A DNA stretch of 64,000 nucleotides from Rhizomicrobium sp. (lineage in GTDB: Bacteria; Pseudomonadota; Alphaproteobacteria; Micropepsales; Micropepsaceae), in NCBI GenBank assembly GCA_035504555.1, contig DATJRP010000067.1, positions 53,551-117,550 on the forward strand, given 5' to 3'. This document shows positions 29,233 to 39,230 of this stretch, one piece after another. Both the position numbers and the translations under genes were made by a program. Numbering within the stretch: the first letter of the stretch is position 1; each line of letters begins with the position of its first letter. The notes under the pieces are model-generated. The model saw nothing but the letters and a program-made list of their open reading frames with translations. It ran no database searches and had not been told where the DNA came from.

Positions 29233-29492
29233 CTCTGAGACAAAACTGACATACCGAGGCCAGGCCAATTCGCGGGCCGAAATGCCGCCCCGAAATAGTT
29301 GGAAGGGGCCCGATTCCGGCACGGATCAGGGCTTGATCCGGTTCGATCACAGTGGCATGACGGCCCCGATTTAAGTACTCAAGTCCTGCCCCCGGCAGGC
29401 CTTCCGGAAACGATCCATAGAGCGAAAACGAGACGCATAGGCGTCGTGGCCGAGACCGTCAGCGGTTCGGACCGCGACGGGAGAGTTCGGGC

Positions 29493-31238
29493 ATGAAAGG
29501 GATCGCGGAATTTCGTCTGGCCGGGCTCACGGCGCGCGAACTGATCCCCAATCGCTGGGACCTGATCGCCTTCCCTCTCGTCTTCGGCCTCTTCGCCCTC
29601 GCTGGCCTCGGCGCGCATCAATCGCTCGCGCCCATCGCCACGCTCAATCAGGCCTCGATCTCGCTCAATCCGATCTTCCTGCCGGAATACGCATTGCGCA
29701 CGACCTTGCGCATGCTGTCCGCGCTGGCGGTCTCGCTGGTCTTTACGTTCGTCTACGGCACGCTGGCCGCCAAAAGCCGCAGAGCCGAAGTCGTGCTGAT
29801 TCCGCTGCTGGACATTCTCCAGTCTATCCCGGTGCTGGGATACATCCCCTTCATCGTTCCCGTTTTTCTCTCGCTGTTTCCGGGGCGCGTCGCGGGCGCC
29901 GAAGCCGCAGTCGTGTTCGCGATCTTCACCGCGCAAGCCTGGAACATGACCTTCAGCTTCTATCAATCTCTGCGCACCGTGCCGCGCGATCTCGAAGAAG
30001 CGACGCGCGGTTTTCACTTCAGCGCCTGGCTTAGATTCTGGCGGCTTGAAGTCCCCTTCGCCATGCCGGGGCTTATCTGGAACATGATGATGAGCATGTC
30101 GGGGAGCTGGTTCTTCATCGTTGCCGTGGAAGCCATCACGATCAACAACAGAACGATCTTTCTGCCGGGTATCGGCGCCTATCTGGCGACGGCCATCAGA
30201 GAGGGTAATCTCGGCTCGGTCGGTTGGGTCATCTTCGCCATGACGATCGTCATCATCATCTACGACCAATTGATGTTCCGGCCGCTCGTCGCCTGGGCCG
30301 ACAAATTCCGCTTCGAACAGACGGGTTCGCAAGATGCGCCGGAATCCTGGTTTCTGCAGCTTCTCCATCGTGCGCGCTTCGTTCAGGCCATCGGCTCGCC
30401 GGTCGACCGCCTGTTCGACACGATACTGCGCTTCAAGTTCAAAATCGGTACGCTGAAAACGGAGGACCCCGATGCGGCCGAACCACCCATATCGCGCAAT
30501 CTCGACCTTCTATGGTATACGCTCATCACCGCGCTCGCGATCTATCTCGTCTGGCGGATCGTCACCTTTGTCAGCACAGAAGTAAGCTGGGCGGATGTCG
30601 GAAGCGTGTTCCTGCTCGGTCTCTACACGCTGATCCGCGTCGTCTTGCTCATCGCCATTGCGTCGGCAATCTGGGTCCCGGTCGGTGTCATGATCGGGTT
30701 GCGGCCGAGCCTAGCCGAGAAGGTCCAACCGCTTGCACAATTCCTGGCAGCGTTCCCGGCCAATCTGCTTTTCCCGGTTTTCGTCGTGGGGATCGTCCAC
30801 TTCCATGCCAATGCCGACATCTGGCTGTCGCCCCTCATCATCCTCGGCACGCAGTGGTACATTCTTTTCAACGTGATCGCGGGAACGACCGCCTACCCGA
30901 GCGATTTCCGCGAGGCTGCCGATAATTTCCACATTCGTGGGTGGCAATGGTGGCGCGACGTGATGCTGCCCGGCATTTTCCCCTACTTCGTCACGGGCGC
31001 GATCACCGCCGCAGGTGGCGCCTGGAACGCGAGTATTGTGGCCGAAGTCGTGCAATGGAAGAGCGTCACGCTCGTAGCGCACGGTCTCGGTGCCTATATC
31101 TGGGAGGCGTCAGCCAAGGGCGATTTTCCGCGCCTCGTGCTCGGCATCGCCGTGATGTCGCTTATCGTCACAACATTCAACCGTATCCTGTGGCGGCCCT
31201 TGTACCGCTACGCCGAAAACCGACTGCGCCTCGATTGA
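29493..31238 (+). CDS. ABC transporter permease, duplicated (nitrate/sulfonate/bicarbonate-type fold)
   Basis: 581-aa polytopic protein with two homologous halves, each with a BPD-transporter-like region. GGGAGAG lies upstream of the ATG. Confidence 0.85.
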   Translation: MKGIAEFRLAGLTARELIPNRWDLIAFPLVFGLFALAGLGAHQSLAPIATLNQASISLNPIFLPEYALRTTLRMLSALAVSLVFTFVYGTLAAKSRRAEVVLIPLLDILQSIPVLGYIPFIVPVFLSLFPGRVAGAEAAVVFAIFTAQAWNMTFSFYQSLRTVPRDLEEATRGFHFSAWLRFWRLEVPFAMPGLIWNMMMSMSGSWFFIVAVEAITINNRTIFLPGIGAYLATAIREGNLGSVGWVIFAMTIVIIIYDQLMFRPLVAWADKFRFEQTGSQDAPESWFLQLLHRARFVQAIGSPVDRLFDTILRFKFKIGTLKTEDPDAAEPPISRNLDLLWYTLITALAIYLVWRIVTFVSTEVSWADVGSVFLLGLYTLIRVVLLIAIASAIWVPVGVMIGLRPSLAEKVQPLAQFLAAFPANLLFPVFVVGIVHFHANADIWLSPLIILGTQWYILFNVIAGTTAYPSDFREAADNFHIRGWQWWRDVMLPGIFPYFVTGAITAAGGAWNASIVAEVVQWKSVTLVAHGLGAYIWEASAKGDFPRLVLGIAVMSLIVTTFNRILWRPLYRYAENRLRLD

Positions 31239-31248
31239 GGAGGGCTTT

Positions 31249-32568
31249 ATGAACAAGACCGTCACCATTGCTTCGGGCGAGCCCGTCCTCCGCGTCGAAA
31301 ACGTCTCGCGGCAATTCGCGCGCGGCGGCGGCGGCGGCGTGCAGGTGCTCGACGACGTCAATCTCACGCTGCGCAAGGGCGAGATCGTAGGGCTTCTGGG
31401 GCGCTCCGGTTCCGGCAAGTCGACGCTTCTGCGCATCATCGCGGGCCTCATGAAGCCTTCGGGCGGCGACGTGATCTATCAGGGCTGCAAGGTGACCGGA
31501 CCGTGCGAGGGTGCCGCGATGGTGTTTCAGACCTTCGCACTGTTTCCCTGGCTGACGGTGCTGGAGAATGTGGAGGCGGGCCTCGAAGCGCAGTCCGTGC
31601 CGCCGAAAGAGAGCCGCAGCCGCGCGCTGAAAGCGATCGATCTCATCGGCCTCGACGGTTTCGAGTCTGCCTATCCGCGCGAGATTTCCGGCGGCATGCG
31701 CCAGCGCGTTGGTTTCGCGCGCGCTCTGGTGGTCGAGCCCATGATCCTTTTGATGGACGAGCCCTTCTCTGCACTGGATGTGCTGACGGCGGAAACGTTG
31801 CGCACCGACCTTCTAGAACTCTGGGGCGATCACAAGCTGCCGACCCAGTCGATCCTGCTCGTCACGCACAACATCGAAGAAGCTGTTTTCATGTGCGACC
31901 GCATCCTCGTGTTTTCCTCCAATCCGGGACGCATCGCGGCCGAAATCCAGATTCCCTTCCCACATCCGCGCAACCGCCTCGATCCCACGTTCCGCCAGAT
32001 GGTCGACGACATCTACGCGCGCATGACGTCGCGTCCGCCCGCCGGCACGCTCAAGGGCAAGCTGCAGGGTTATCAGCTGGGAAGCCCCCTGCCCGACGTG
32101 TCGACCAACGAGATCGCCGGCCTCATCGAACAGGTCGCGCTGGCCCCGTACAACGGCAAAGCCGACTTGCCCGTTATCTCGGACGAACTTCAGATGGGCG
32201 ACGAGGAACTCTTCCCCATCATCGAAGTCGTACAGCATCTGGGCTTCGCCGATCTCGCCGGCGGCGACATCCTGCTGACGCCGGTCGCGAAAGCCTTCGC
32301 GGAAAGCGACATGGAAGCGCGCAAGAAGCTGTTCGCGCAGCAGCTCGTCGCTTCCGTGCCGCTGGCGGCGCACATCAAGCGTGTACTCGACGAACGTCCC
32401 GGCCATCGCGCACCGCGCGTGCGCTTTGAAGAAGAGCTTGAAGATTATTTGAGCGACTCCTACGCCGAAGAGACGCTCGATCGAGTCATCAACTGGGGTC
32501 GTTACGCCGAATTGTTCGCTTACGACGATGAATCGCAGACATTCAGCCTCGAAAATCCAACGGGCTGA
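31249..32568 (+). CDS. ABC transporter ATP-binding protein with C-terminal AAA-associated domain
   Basis: Walker A 'GRSGSGKST', signature 'ISGGMRQR' and Walker B 'LLMDEPFSALD'. Also has an extra C-terminal domain of about 170 aa. Confidence 0.9.
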   Translation: MNKTVTIASGEPVLRVENVSRQFARGGGGGVQVLDDVNLTLRKGEIVGLLGRSGSGKSTLLRIIAGLMKPSGGDVIYQGCKVTGPCEGAAMVFQTFALFPWLTVLENVEAGLEAQSVPPKESRSRALKAIDLIGLDGFESAYPREISGGMRQRVGFARALVVEPMILLMDEPFSALDVLTAETLRTDLLELWGDHKLPTQSILLVTHNIEEAVFMCDRILVFSSNPGRIAAEIQIPFPHPRNRLDPTFRQMVDDIYARMTSRPPAGTLKGKLQGYQLGSPLPDVSTNEIAGLIEQVALAPYNGKADLPVISDELQMGDEELFPIIEVVQHLGFADLAGGDILLTPVAKAFAESDMEARKKLFAQQLVASVPLAAHIKRVLDERPGHRAPRVRFEEELEDYLSDSYAEETLDRVINWGRYAELFAYDDESQTFSLENPTG

Positions 32569-32713
32569 CCGTGCGAAGCGTTGCAAAGAGTTCACGCTGC
32601 CGGTGAACAGTTAATGAGGGTATGGCGCAGATGTCGCTGTAGGGCATGACCCGATTTCAAGGGACATGACGGTCCTATAGGCAGGCGGTGCCGAGTTGTG
32701 AGGAGGGGGCGCG

Positions 32714-33880
32714 ATGATCCCGCCCGAAGAACGCGCCATAACACCGCTGGGCCGCACCTTTCTCTGGGGCGGTGTCGGGCTGGGCTTTCTTCTCGTTGTC
32801 CTCCTTTTCACGAAGGGCTTCGGATTGTTCGCCGGTGGCGGTGGCGTCGAAGAAGCGCCGCTACTGATTCACAGGGGCGATAAGATCTTCGTGCCCGAAG
32901 GCTCGGCACTGCGCAGCCGCCTGACGGTGATGCCCGCGCGCGCCGTGCCCGTCGATCCCAAAATGTCCCTGCCTGCCGTCGTCGAGTCCAACCCCGCGCT
33001 AACGGCGCCGGTGCTGACCCCACTGACCGGACGCGTCGTCCGGCTTGGCGCACAATTGGGCGACCGCGTGCAACGCGGCCAGGTACTGGCTGTCATCGAT
33101 TCGCCCGATCTCGCGCAGGCCGATGACGACTATCAAAAAGCGGCGGACGCTTACGCGCTGACACAAAAGACGCTCGCGCGTCAGCAGCAGCAGATCAAGA
33201 TCGGAGCCATTGCCATCAAAGATCTCGACCAGGCGAAAAGCGACAATGCGCAGGCCGAGGCGGAATATGCGCGTACGAAAGCACGTCTGATCGCACTCGA
33301 TGCCTTCTCTCCCAACGGCGTGCAATCTCATCTTCTGAACGTGCGCGCACCGATGAGCGGCGGCGTCACCACCCTCGCCGTCCAACCCGGCAACATGATC
33401 AACGATCCGACGCAGGCGATCATGACCGTCGCCGATCTCGGCACCATCTGGGTGACGGCGATGGTGCCGGAAAAAGACATCGCGAAGGTCGCGAAGAACG
33501 ACGATGCCTATGTCCGCCTTGACGCCTATCCAGACCGCCCGCTGCACGGAAAAGTGCTGTTCGTATCCGACGTGGTCGAACCGGACACGCGGCGCAACAA
33601 AATCCGTATCGCCTTCGCCAATCCGGGCTATCTCCTGAAACCGAACATGTTCGCGACGGTCATCGTCGCCAGCGGCGGCGCCCCGCGAGTCGTCGTGCCG
33701 GCTTCGGCGCTTCTCATGAACAACGACCGCACCAGCGTGTTCGTGGCGACGGCGCCCTGGACATTCGAACGTCGCGTCGTCGATCCCCTCCTGGAAGAAG
33801 GACCCGATGTTGCCATCCGCTCGGGACTGAAGCCTGGCGAATCCGTCGTGGTTCGAGGCGGAATCCTTCTCAATGATTGA
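32714..33880 (+). CDS. RND efflux periplasmic adaptor (CzcB-like MFP)
   Basis: 388 aa with an N-terminal TM helix, lipoyl/hairpin/beta-barrel architecture and 'VVVPASALL...VFV' motifs. Overlaps the RND pump start by 8 nt. Confidence 0.9.
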   Translation: MIPPEERAITPLGRTFLWGGVGLGFLLVVLLFTKGFGLFAGGGGVEEAPLLIHRGDKIFVPEGSALRSRLTVMPARAVPVDPKMSLPAVVESNPALTAPVLTPLTGRVVRLGAQLGDRVQRGQVLAVIDSPDLAQADDDYQKAADAYALTQKTLARQQQQIKIGAIAIKDLDQAKSDNAQAEAEYARTKARLIALDAFSPNGVQSHLLNVRAPMSGGVTTLAVQPGNMINDPTQAIMTVADLGTIWVTAMVPEKDIAKVAKNDDAYVRLDAYPDRPLHGKVLFVSDVVEPDTRRNKIRIAFANPGYLLKPNMFATVIVASGGAPRVVVPASALLMNNDRTSVFVATAPWTFERRVVDPLLEEGPDVAIRSGLKPGESVVVRGGILLND

Positions 33881-36800
33881 TGGTTTCGTTTCCTTTTGTC
33901 TGCGCCATCGCATTCCGGTGATGGTCGTGGCCGTGCTTCTCGCGGGCTTCGGCGTCTATGCGTGGGAGACGCTGTCGGTCGAAGCCTATCCTGAGCTTGG
34001 CGACGTGGCGGCGCAGGTCACCACACAGGTGCCGGGCCTCGCCGCGGAAGAGGTCGAACAGCAGATCACGATCCCGCTCGAGCGCGAGATCAACGGCACG
34101 CCCGGACTTTTGCTCATGCGATCGGAGAGCACGTTCGGACTCTCGCTCATCACCGTGCTGTTCCGGGACGGCTATGACGATTACTGGGCGCGCCAGCGCC
34201 TGCTCGAGCGGGTCAATCAGACCACGCTGCCGCCGGGCGCCACGCCTTCGCTCGATCCCGTCTCCGGCGCCGGTGGAGAGATTTATCGCTATACGCTGGA
34301 ATCGGACACGAAGAACCTCCAGCAGCTGTCCGAAATCCAGAGATGGACGGTCATTCCGGCACTCAAATCCGTGACCGGCGTCGTCGACGTCTCGAATTTC
34401 GGCGGCTTTACCACCGAATATCAGCTCGATCTCGATCCCAAGCAGCTTTCGCATTACGGCATCGGCATCACCGACGTCATGAATGCCATCAACAACAACA
34501 ATACCAACGCCGCGGGCGGCCGCGTCACGCGAGGCGACCAGAGTTACGTGATCCGCGGCGTAGGCCTGATCCGCAGCCTCGCCGACATCAGCTCGATCGC
34601 CGTCAAAGAGGTGAACGGCACGCCCATCTTCGTGCACGATCTAGGACGAACTGTCTTAAGCCACCAGGAACGCGAAGGCATTCTGGGCAAGAACAACAAT
34701 CCGGACACGATCGAAGGCATCGTGTTGATGCTCAAATACCAGAACCCGTCGCAGACGCTGCGCGGCGTGCACGCAAAAGTCGCCGAGCTGAACCGACAGC
34801 TGGCGAAATCAGACGTCCGGATCGTCCCCTATATCGATCGCGACGACCTCGTGAAGCTCACGATCAGCAAAGTCGGCCGCACGATCGCCGAAGGCATCAT
34901 ACTCGTCTTCGTAGTGCTGTTCCTGTTTCTCGGTAGTGTTCGCAGCGCTCTCGTCGCCGGCGTCGCAATTCCGATGGCGCTCGTGTTCGTGTTCTCGCTT
35001 CTCAACCTGACCGGCGTGTCCGCCAATCTGCTGTCCCTGGGCGCCATCGACTTCGGCATTCTCGTCGATGGCGCCATCGTGGTGACCGAAGCCGTCCTCA
35101 GGCGGCGCGAAGCGTTGCCCGACGAAGAACTGAGCGAAAGCGAAGTGAAGGCGGCGGCGCTGCAGGTGACGCGCCCGATCTTCTTCGCAAGCCTTATCAT
35201 CATCACGGCGTATCTGCCGCTTTTCTCCTTCGAGCGGGCCGAAGCCAAGCTCTTCACGCCCATGGCCTACACTATGGGCTATGCGCTGTTCGGCGCGCTT
35301 CTGACCGCACTGGCGCTTGTACCTGGACTGGCCTATCTCGCCTTCCGCAAGCCCGGCAAGCTCTATCACAACTGGTGGCTCGAGTGGCTGACGATGGAAT
35401 ACGACCGCCTGTTGGCGCGCTGCCTGAAAGAGCCGCGCATCATCTACGGCATCGTCGCTTTCGCGCTCTTAGCCGTAGTCGGGCTCGGCGCCACGGTCGG
35501 CCGTGATTTCCTTCCCGATCTCGACGAAGGCGCCCTTTGGCTCCAGGTGCAATTGCCGACGGGACTGTCGCTCGACAAGGCGAGCGACATGGCGAGCGAT
35601 CTGCGACGCTTCATTCTGAAATATCCCGAAGTCTCCTACATTGTCACGCAAACCGGCCGCAACGACGACGGCACCGATCCCTGGACGATGTCGCACATCG
35701 AAGCGCCGGTGGGTCTAAAACCCTACGACACATGGCCTGGCGGCGAATCCAAGAAGGAATTCGTCGACAAGCTGGCGTCGGATCTCGCGAAGAACATGCC
35801 GGGGTACGATATCGGCATCAGCCAGCCCATCATCGACAACGTCAACGACATGATCGGCGGCGCTCACAGCCCGCTCGTCATCAAGATATACGGCGATGAT
35901 CTCACGGAACTGCGCCGGATCGGCGACCAGATCGTGCGGGTCCTTTACACCGTGCCGGGCACGTCGAGCGCGTCGATCTTCCAGGAACCGCCGATCCCTC
36001 AGATCAACATCGTGATCGACCACACCAAGGCCGCGCGGTACGGCGTGAGCATGACCGACCTCCAGAGCGTGATCCAGACGGGCGTCGGCCAGGCGCCGGT
36101 GACGACCGTCTATGTCGGCGAACGGACCTATCCCCTGACGGTTCGTTTCACGGCGGAGTCGCGCAGCAGTCCCGAAGCGCTCGCCGATCTTTTCGTCACA
36201 ACGGCCAGCGGCGCGCAGATCCCTCTTGCGCAGATTGCCGACATCCGCGTGCAGTCGGGTCAAAGCACCATCACGCGCGAGGGCGGACAGCGGAACCTGA
36301 CCATCCGCATCGACAACCGCGACCGCGATCTGACCTCCTATCTCGAAGATGCGCAGAGGAGGATCGGCGCCCAGGTCCATTTCGACCATGACCGCATCAG
36401 GCTCGAATGGGGCGGCCAGTTCGAAAATCAGCGCCGGGCCGAGGCGCGCCTCCTGGTCATCCTCGCCCTCGTCATGGGCATGATGCTGATCTTCCTCACG
36501 ATCGGAACGAATTCGGTCCGGCAGGCTCTGCTCATCCTGGGCGTGGTGCCGCTGGCGACGCTTGGTGGGCTCGTTTCGCTGCACGTCACGGGACAGACGC
36601 TCAACGTGGCCAGCGGCGTGGGGTTCATCGCGCTTTTCGGCGTCGCCGTGCAGAACGGCATCATCATGGTCGCCAACCTCAACCGCATGCGCAAATCCGG
36701 ACTCGAGCTGCACGAAGCCATCATGAAGGGAGCCACGGAGCGACTGCGGCCCGTGCTCATGACGGCGACGGTGGCAACTCTCGGCATGCTGCCTGCCGCC

Positions 36801-36962
36801 ATCCATACCGGCGTCGGCAGCGACGTGCAGCGCGGCATCGCCACCGTCGTGGTGGGCGGACTCGCCATTTCGACGATCCTCACGCTTTTCGTCCTGCCTT
36901 CGATGTATCATGTCATCGAGCATTGGGCCGAAGCGAGGAATGGTTCGGTGAGGTGGGAATGA
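33873..36962 (+). CDS. RND efflux pump, CusA/CzcA heavy-metal-efflux (HME) family
   Basis: 1029 aa with 12-TM RND architecture. TM4 'AIDFGILVDGAIVVTE' keeps the Asp-Asp-Glu positions of the CzcA 'DFG-DGA-VEN' proton-relay motif. Confidence 0.92.
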   Translation: MIDGFVSFCLRHRIPVMVVAVLLAGFGVYAWETLSVEAYPELGDVAAQVTTQVPGLAAEEVEQQITIPLEREINGTPGLLLMRSESTFGLSLITVLFRDGYDDYWARQRLLERVNQTTLPPGATPSLDPVSGAGGEIYRYTLESDTKNLQQLSEIQRWTVIPALKSVTGVVDVSNFGGFTTEYQLDLDPKQLSHYGIGITDVMNAINNNNTNAAGGRVTRGDQSYVIRGVGLIRSLADISSIAVKEVNGTPIFVHDLGRTVLSHQEREGILGKNNNPDTIEGIVLMLKYQNPSQTLRGVHAKVAELNRQLAKSDVRIVPYIDRDDLVKLTISKVGRTIAEGIILVFVVLFLFLGSVRSALVAGVAIPMALVFVFSLLNLTGVSANLLSLGAIDFGILVDGAIVVTEAVLRRREALPDEELSESEVKAAALQVTRPIFFASLIIITAYLPLFSFERAEAKLFTPMAYTMGYALFGALLTALALVPGLAYLAFRKPGKLYHNWWLEWLTMEYDRLLARCLKEPRIIYGIVAFALLAVVGLGATVGRDFLPDLDEGALWLQVQLPTGLSLDKASDMASDLRRFILKYPEVSYIVTQTGRNDDGTDPWTMSHIEAPVGLKPYDTWPGGESKKEFVDKLASDLAKNMPGYDIGISQPIIDNVNDMIGGAHSPLVIKIYGDDLTELRRIGDQIVRVLYTVPGTSSASIFQEPPIPQINIVIDHTKAARYGVSMTDLQSVIQTGVGQAPVTTVYVGERTYPLTVRFTAESRSSPEALADLFVTTASGAQIPLAQIADIRVQSGQSTITREGGQRNLTIRIDNRDRDLTSYLEDAQRRIGAQVHFDHDRIRLEWGGQFENQRRAEARLLVILALVMGMMLIFLTIGTNSVRQALLILGVVPLATLGGLVSLHVTGQTLNVASGVGFIALFGVAVQNGIIMVANLNRMRKSGLELHEAIMKGATERLRPVLMTATVATLGMLPAAIHTGVGSDVQRGIATVVVGGLAISTILTLFVLPSMYHVIEHWAEARNGSVRWE

Positions 36963-38452
36963 CGCGCATCGCTGCCCTTTCCGTCGCTTTATTGCTGTCG
37001 GCCTGCGCCGTCGGCCCGGACTTCGAGAAGCCGGCGCCGCCTGCCGCGAAGGACTACGGCAGCGCGCCGATGGCCGGCGAAACCGTCGCCACGCAGGGGC
37101 AGGGCCAGAGCGGCGCGGCGCAGCGTTTCGTTGCCGGCATGGACATCCCGGCGCAATGGTGGACGCTCTTCCATTCGCCCAAGCTGTCGAAGCTGGTCGA
37201 GCATGCCATCAAGAACAATCCGGACGTCGCCGCGGCGCAAGCGGCCCTTCGGCAATCGCACGAACTTTACTCCGCGCAATGGACGAGCTTCTTTCCGACC
37301 GTGCAGGGGAATTTCAATGCCGCGCGCACCAAAAACGCGCAGAACACCATTGCGCCGCTGACCACCTCCAGCAATCCGACCTACAATCTCTATACGGCGC
37401 AATTGTCGCTGAGCTACGCACCCGACGTCTTCGGCGCGAACATCCGCGCCACCGAGGCGGCCAAAGCGCAAGAAGAGAGTTCGCGGTTCCAGCTGGAGGC
37501 GACATATCTCACGCTCGCGAGCAACGTCGTCGTCACCGCCATCCAGGAAGCGTCGTTGCGCGGCCAGGTCGCGGCGACCGAACGGTTGCTTGCATTGCAA
37601 CACCAGCTGACGGAGATCGTGCGACGCCAGCGCACCCTCGGCTCCGCCAGTGCGCTCGATCTCGCGGCGCAGGAAGCCACCGAAGCGCAGACGGCGCAGA
37701 CGCTGCCGCCGCTTGAGAAACAGCTGGGCCAATCGCGCGATGCGCTGACAGCGCTGCTCGGACGTCTGCCCTCCGAGGAACCGGCCGAGACATTCACGTT
37801 CGATGATCTCGTGCTGCCGACCGACCTGCCGGTCAGCCTGCCGTCGAAGCTGGTGGAACAACGGCCGGATGTCCACCAGGCCGAAGAGAATTTGCATGCG
37901 GCGACGGCGCAGGTGGGCGTCGCCGTCAGCGCCATGCTGCCGCAATTCGATATCGCGGCGGGCAACGGCTCGAGCGCATTCCAGGCGGCCCAACTCTTCG
38001 CGCCTGGTAACGGCTTCTGGTCGGTGGGCGGCTCGATTACGCAGACTCTGTTCGACGCGGGCGCGCTGCTGCACAAGCGCCGCGCCGCCGATGCTGCGAT
38101 GGACCAGGCAGCCGCGCAATACAAAAGCACTGTCATCCTCGCCTGCCAGAACGTGGCCGACACGCTCAGGGCGCTGAAGGCGGACGCCGATATGCTGAAG
38201 GCGGCGGATCACGGCGTCGACGCCACCCGGACAGCATTCGATACGGCCCGGAGGCGACTCGCCATCGGGGCCGTCAGCGAGGCGGCCCTGATGAACGCCG
38301 AGCAGGCCTACCAGCAGGCGGAAATAGCGTTGGTACAGGCGCGCGCGAACCGCTATTCCGATACGGCGGCTCTTTATCAGGCGCTGGGCGGCGGCTGGTG
38401 GAACCGCAAGGAGGAGGATCGCGATGGACAATCTGGTCTTGCGGGAGAATAG
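36959..38452 (+). CDS. efflux transporter outer-membrane lipoprotein, NodT family
   Basis: The ATG overlaps the pump stop (ATGA). Has a lipobox 'LLLSAC' and the C-terminal 'LYQALGGGW' typical of OMFs. 497 aa. Confidence 0.88.
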   Translation: MTRIAALSVALLLSACAVGPDFEKPAPPAAKDYGSAPMAGETVATQGQGQSGAAQRFVAGMDIPAQWWTLFHSPKLSKLVEHAIKNNPDVAAAQAALRQSHELYSAQWTSFFPTVQGNFNAARTKNAQNTIAPLTTSSNPTYNLYTAQLSLSYAPDVFGANIRATEAAKAQEESSRFQLEATYLTLASNVVVTAIQEASLRGQVAATERLLALQHQLTEIVRRQRTLGSASALDLAAQEATEAQTAQTLPPLEKQLGQSRDALTALLGRLPSEEPAETFTFDDLVLPTDLPVSLPSKLVEQRPDVHQAEENLHAATAQVGVAVSAMLPQFDIAAGNGSSAFQAAQLFAPGNGFWSVGGSITQTLFDAGALLHKRRAADAAMDQAAAQYKSTVILACQNVADTLRALKADADMLKAADHGVDATRTAFDTARRRLAIGAVSEAALMNAEQAYQQAEIALVQARANRYSDTAALYQALGGGWWNRKEEDRDGQSGLAGE

Positions 38453-39176
38453 GAACGGCGCCGCAGTCCTGACTCTCAATCGTCCCCAGAAGCTCAACGC
38501 CCTCAACAAGGAGATGTTTGAAGCGCTCGAGGAGCACGCCGATGCGCTGGCGCGGGAAGCGCGAACCATCGGCCTTGTCATCATCCGCGGCGCCGGCGGC
38601 AATTTTTCCGCGGGCTACGACATGGAAGAAGTCAAAGAGCTTGTCGAGGCGCGCGCCAAGCCGCATTTCCATTCCGAAGTCATCGAGAAGATCGCCAATC
38701 TCCCCCAGCCCGTTATCTCCGCGGTCGAAGGCCACTGCTCCACCGGGGCGCTGGAGCTTGCCCTCGCCGCCGACCTCGTGGTCTCGACGCGGACGGCGCA
38801 ATTCTCCGACGTTTATGCGCGTTGGGGGCTTACGCCCATCTGGGGATTGAGCCTCAGGCTGCCCCACCGCATCGGCACCGCGCAGGCGGCCGAGATGATG
38901 TTCAGCTGCCGCACCTACACGGGCGTCGAAGCGCATCAGATGCATCTGGTCAATTTCTGCTTTGCGGAAGATCGCTTCGAAAGCGATCTGGGGGCGTTGT
39001 CGCGCGATATCCTCACCAATTCCTGGTTCTCCAATCAGGTGAACAAGCGCGTGCTGATCGCGACCGCCGGCCTGACCACAAGGGAGGCTCACGCGCTCGA
39101 CCTCTTCAAGAACGAAGGCGTGGCGCCCGACGCCGATGAACGCGTGGCCGGCTTCATGAGCAAGCGCCAACGCTAG
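38424..39176 (+). CDS. enoyl-CoA hydratase/isomerase (crotonase) family protein, atypical active site
   Basis: 250 aa with GGAGGAGGA upstream of the ATG. 'AVLTLNRPQKLNALN' and the oxyanion region 'GAGGNFSAGYD' are present. The start lies 29 nt inside the OMF gene. Confidence 0.85.
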   Translation: MDNLVLRENRNGAAVLTLNRPQKLNALNKEMFEALEEHADALAREARTIGLVIIRGAGGNFSAGYDMEEVKELVEARAKPHFHSEVIEKIANLPQPVISAVEGHCSTGALELALAADLVVSTRTAQFSDVYARWGLTPIWGLSLRLPHRIGTAQAAEMMFSCRTYTGVEAHQMHLVNFCFAEDRFESDLGALSRDILTNSWFSNQVNKRVLIATAGLTTREAHALDLFKNEGVAPDADERVAGFMSKRQR

Positions 39177-39230
39177 CGCCGCCTGCCGGCACGGGCCAAT
39201 ATCGTTCCTCGGCTTTTGGAGGAACGCGCC

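Noticed and set aside
29233-29492. Guanidine-I (ykkC) or guanidine-II (mini-ykkC) riboswitch upstream of the nitrate/sulfonate-type ABC transporter.
   Set aside because: The gene context would fit. However, I could not find the conserved ykkC blocks (GGGUUCCG, GGUCCGAGAG, ACGGCGGGA...GCCCGGGAGA) or two ACGR-loop hairpins. Only a loose resemblance (GACCGCGACGGGAGAG) is present. It is kept only as an unclassified structured leader.
33873-36962. Calling the RND pump a multidrug (HAE-1, AcrB-type) exporter.
   Set aside because: The TM4 motif 'DFGILVDGAIVVTE' aligns position for position with the CzcA-type Asp-Asp-Glu relay, and the operon order is MFP-pump-OMF as in czc-like systems. It is therefore assigned to the HME family, with the substrate left open.
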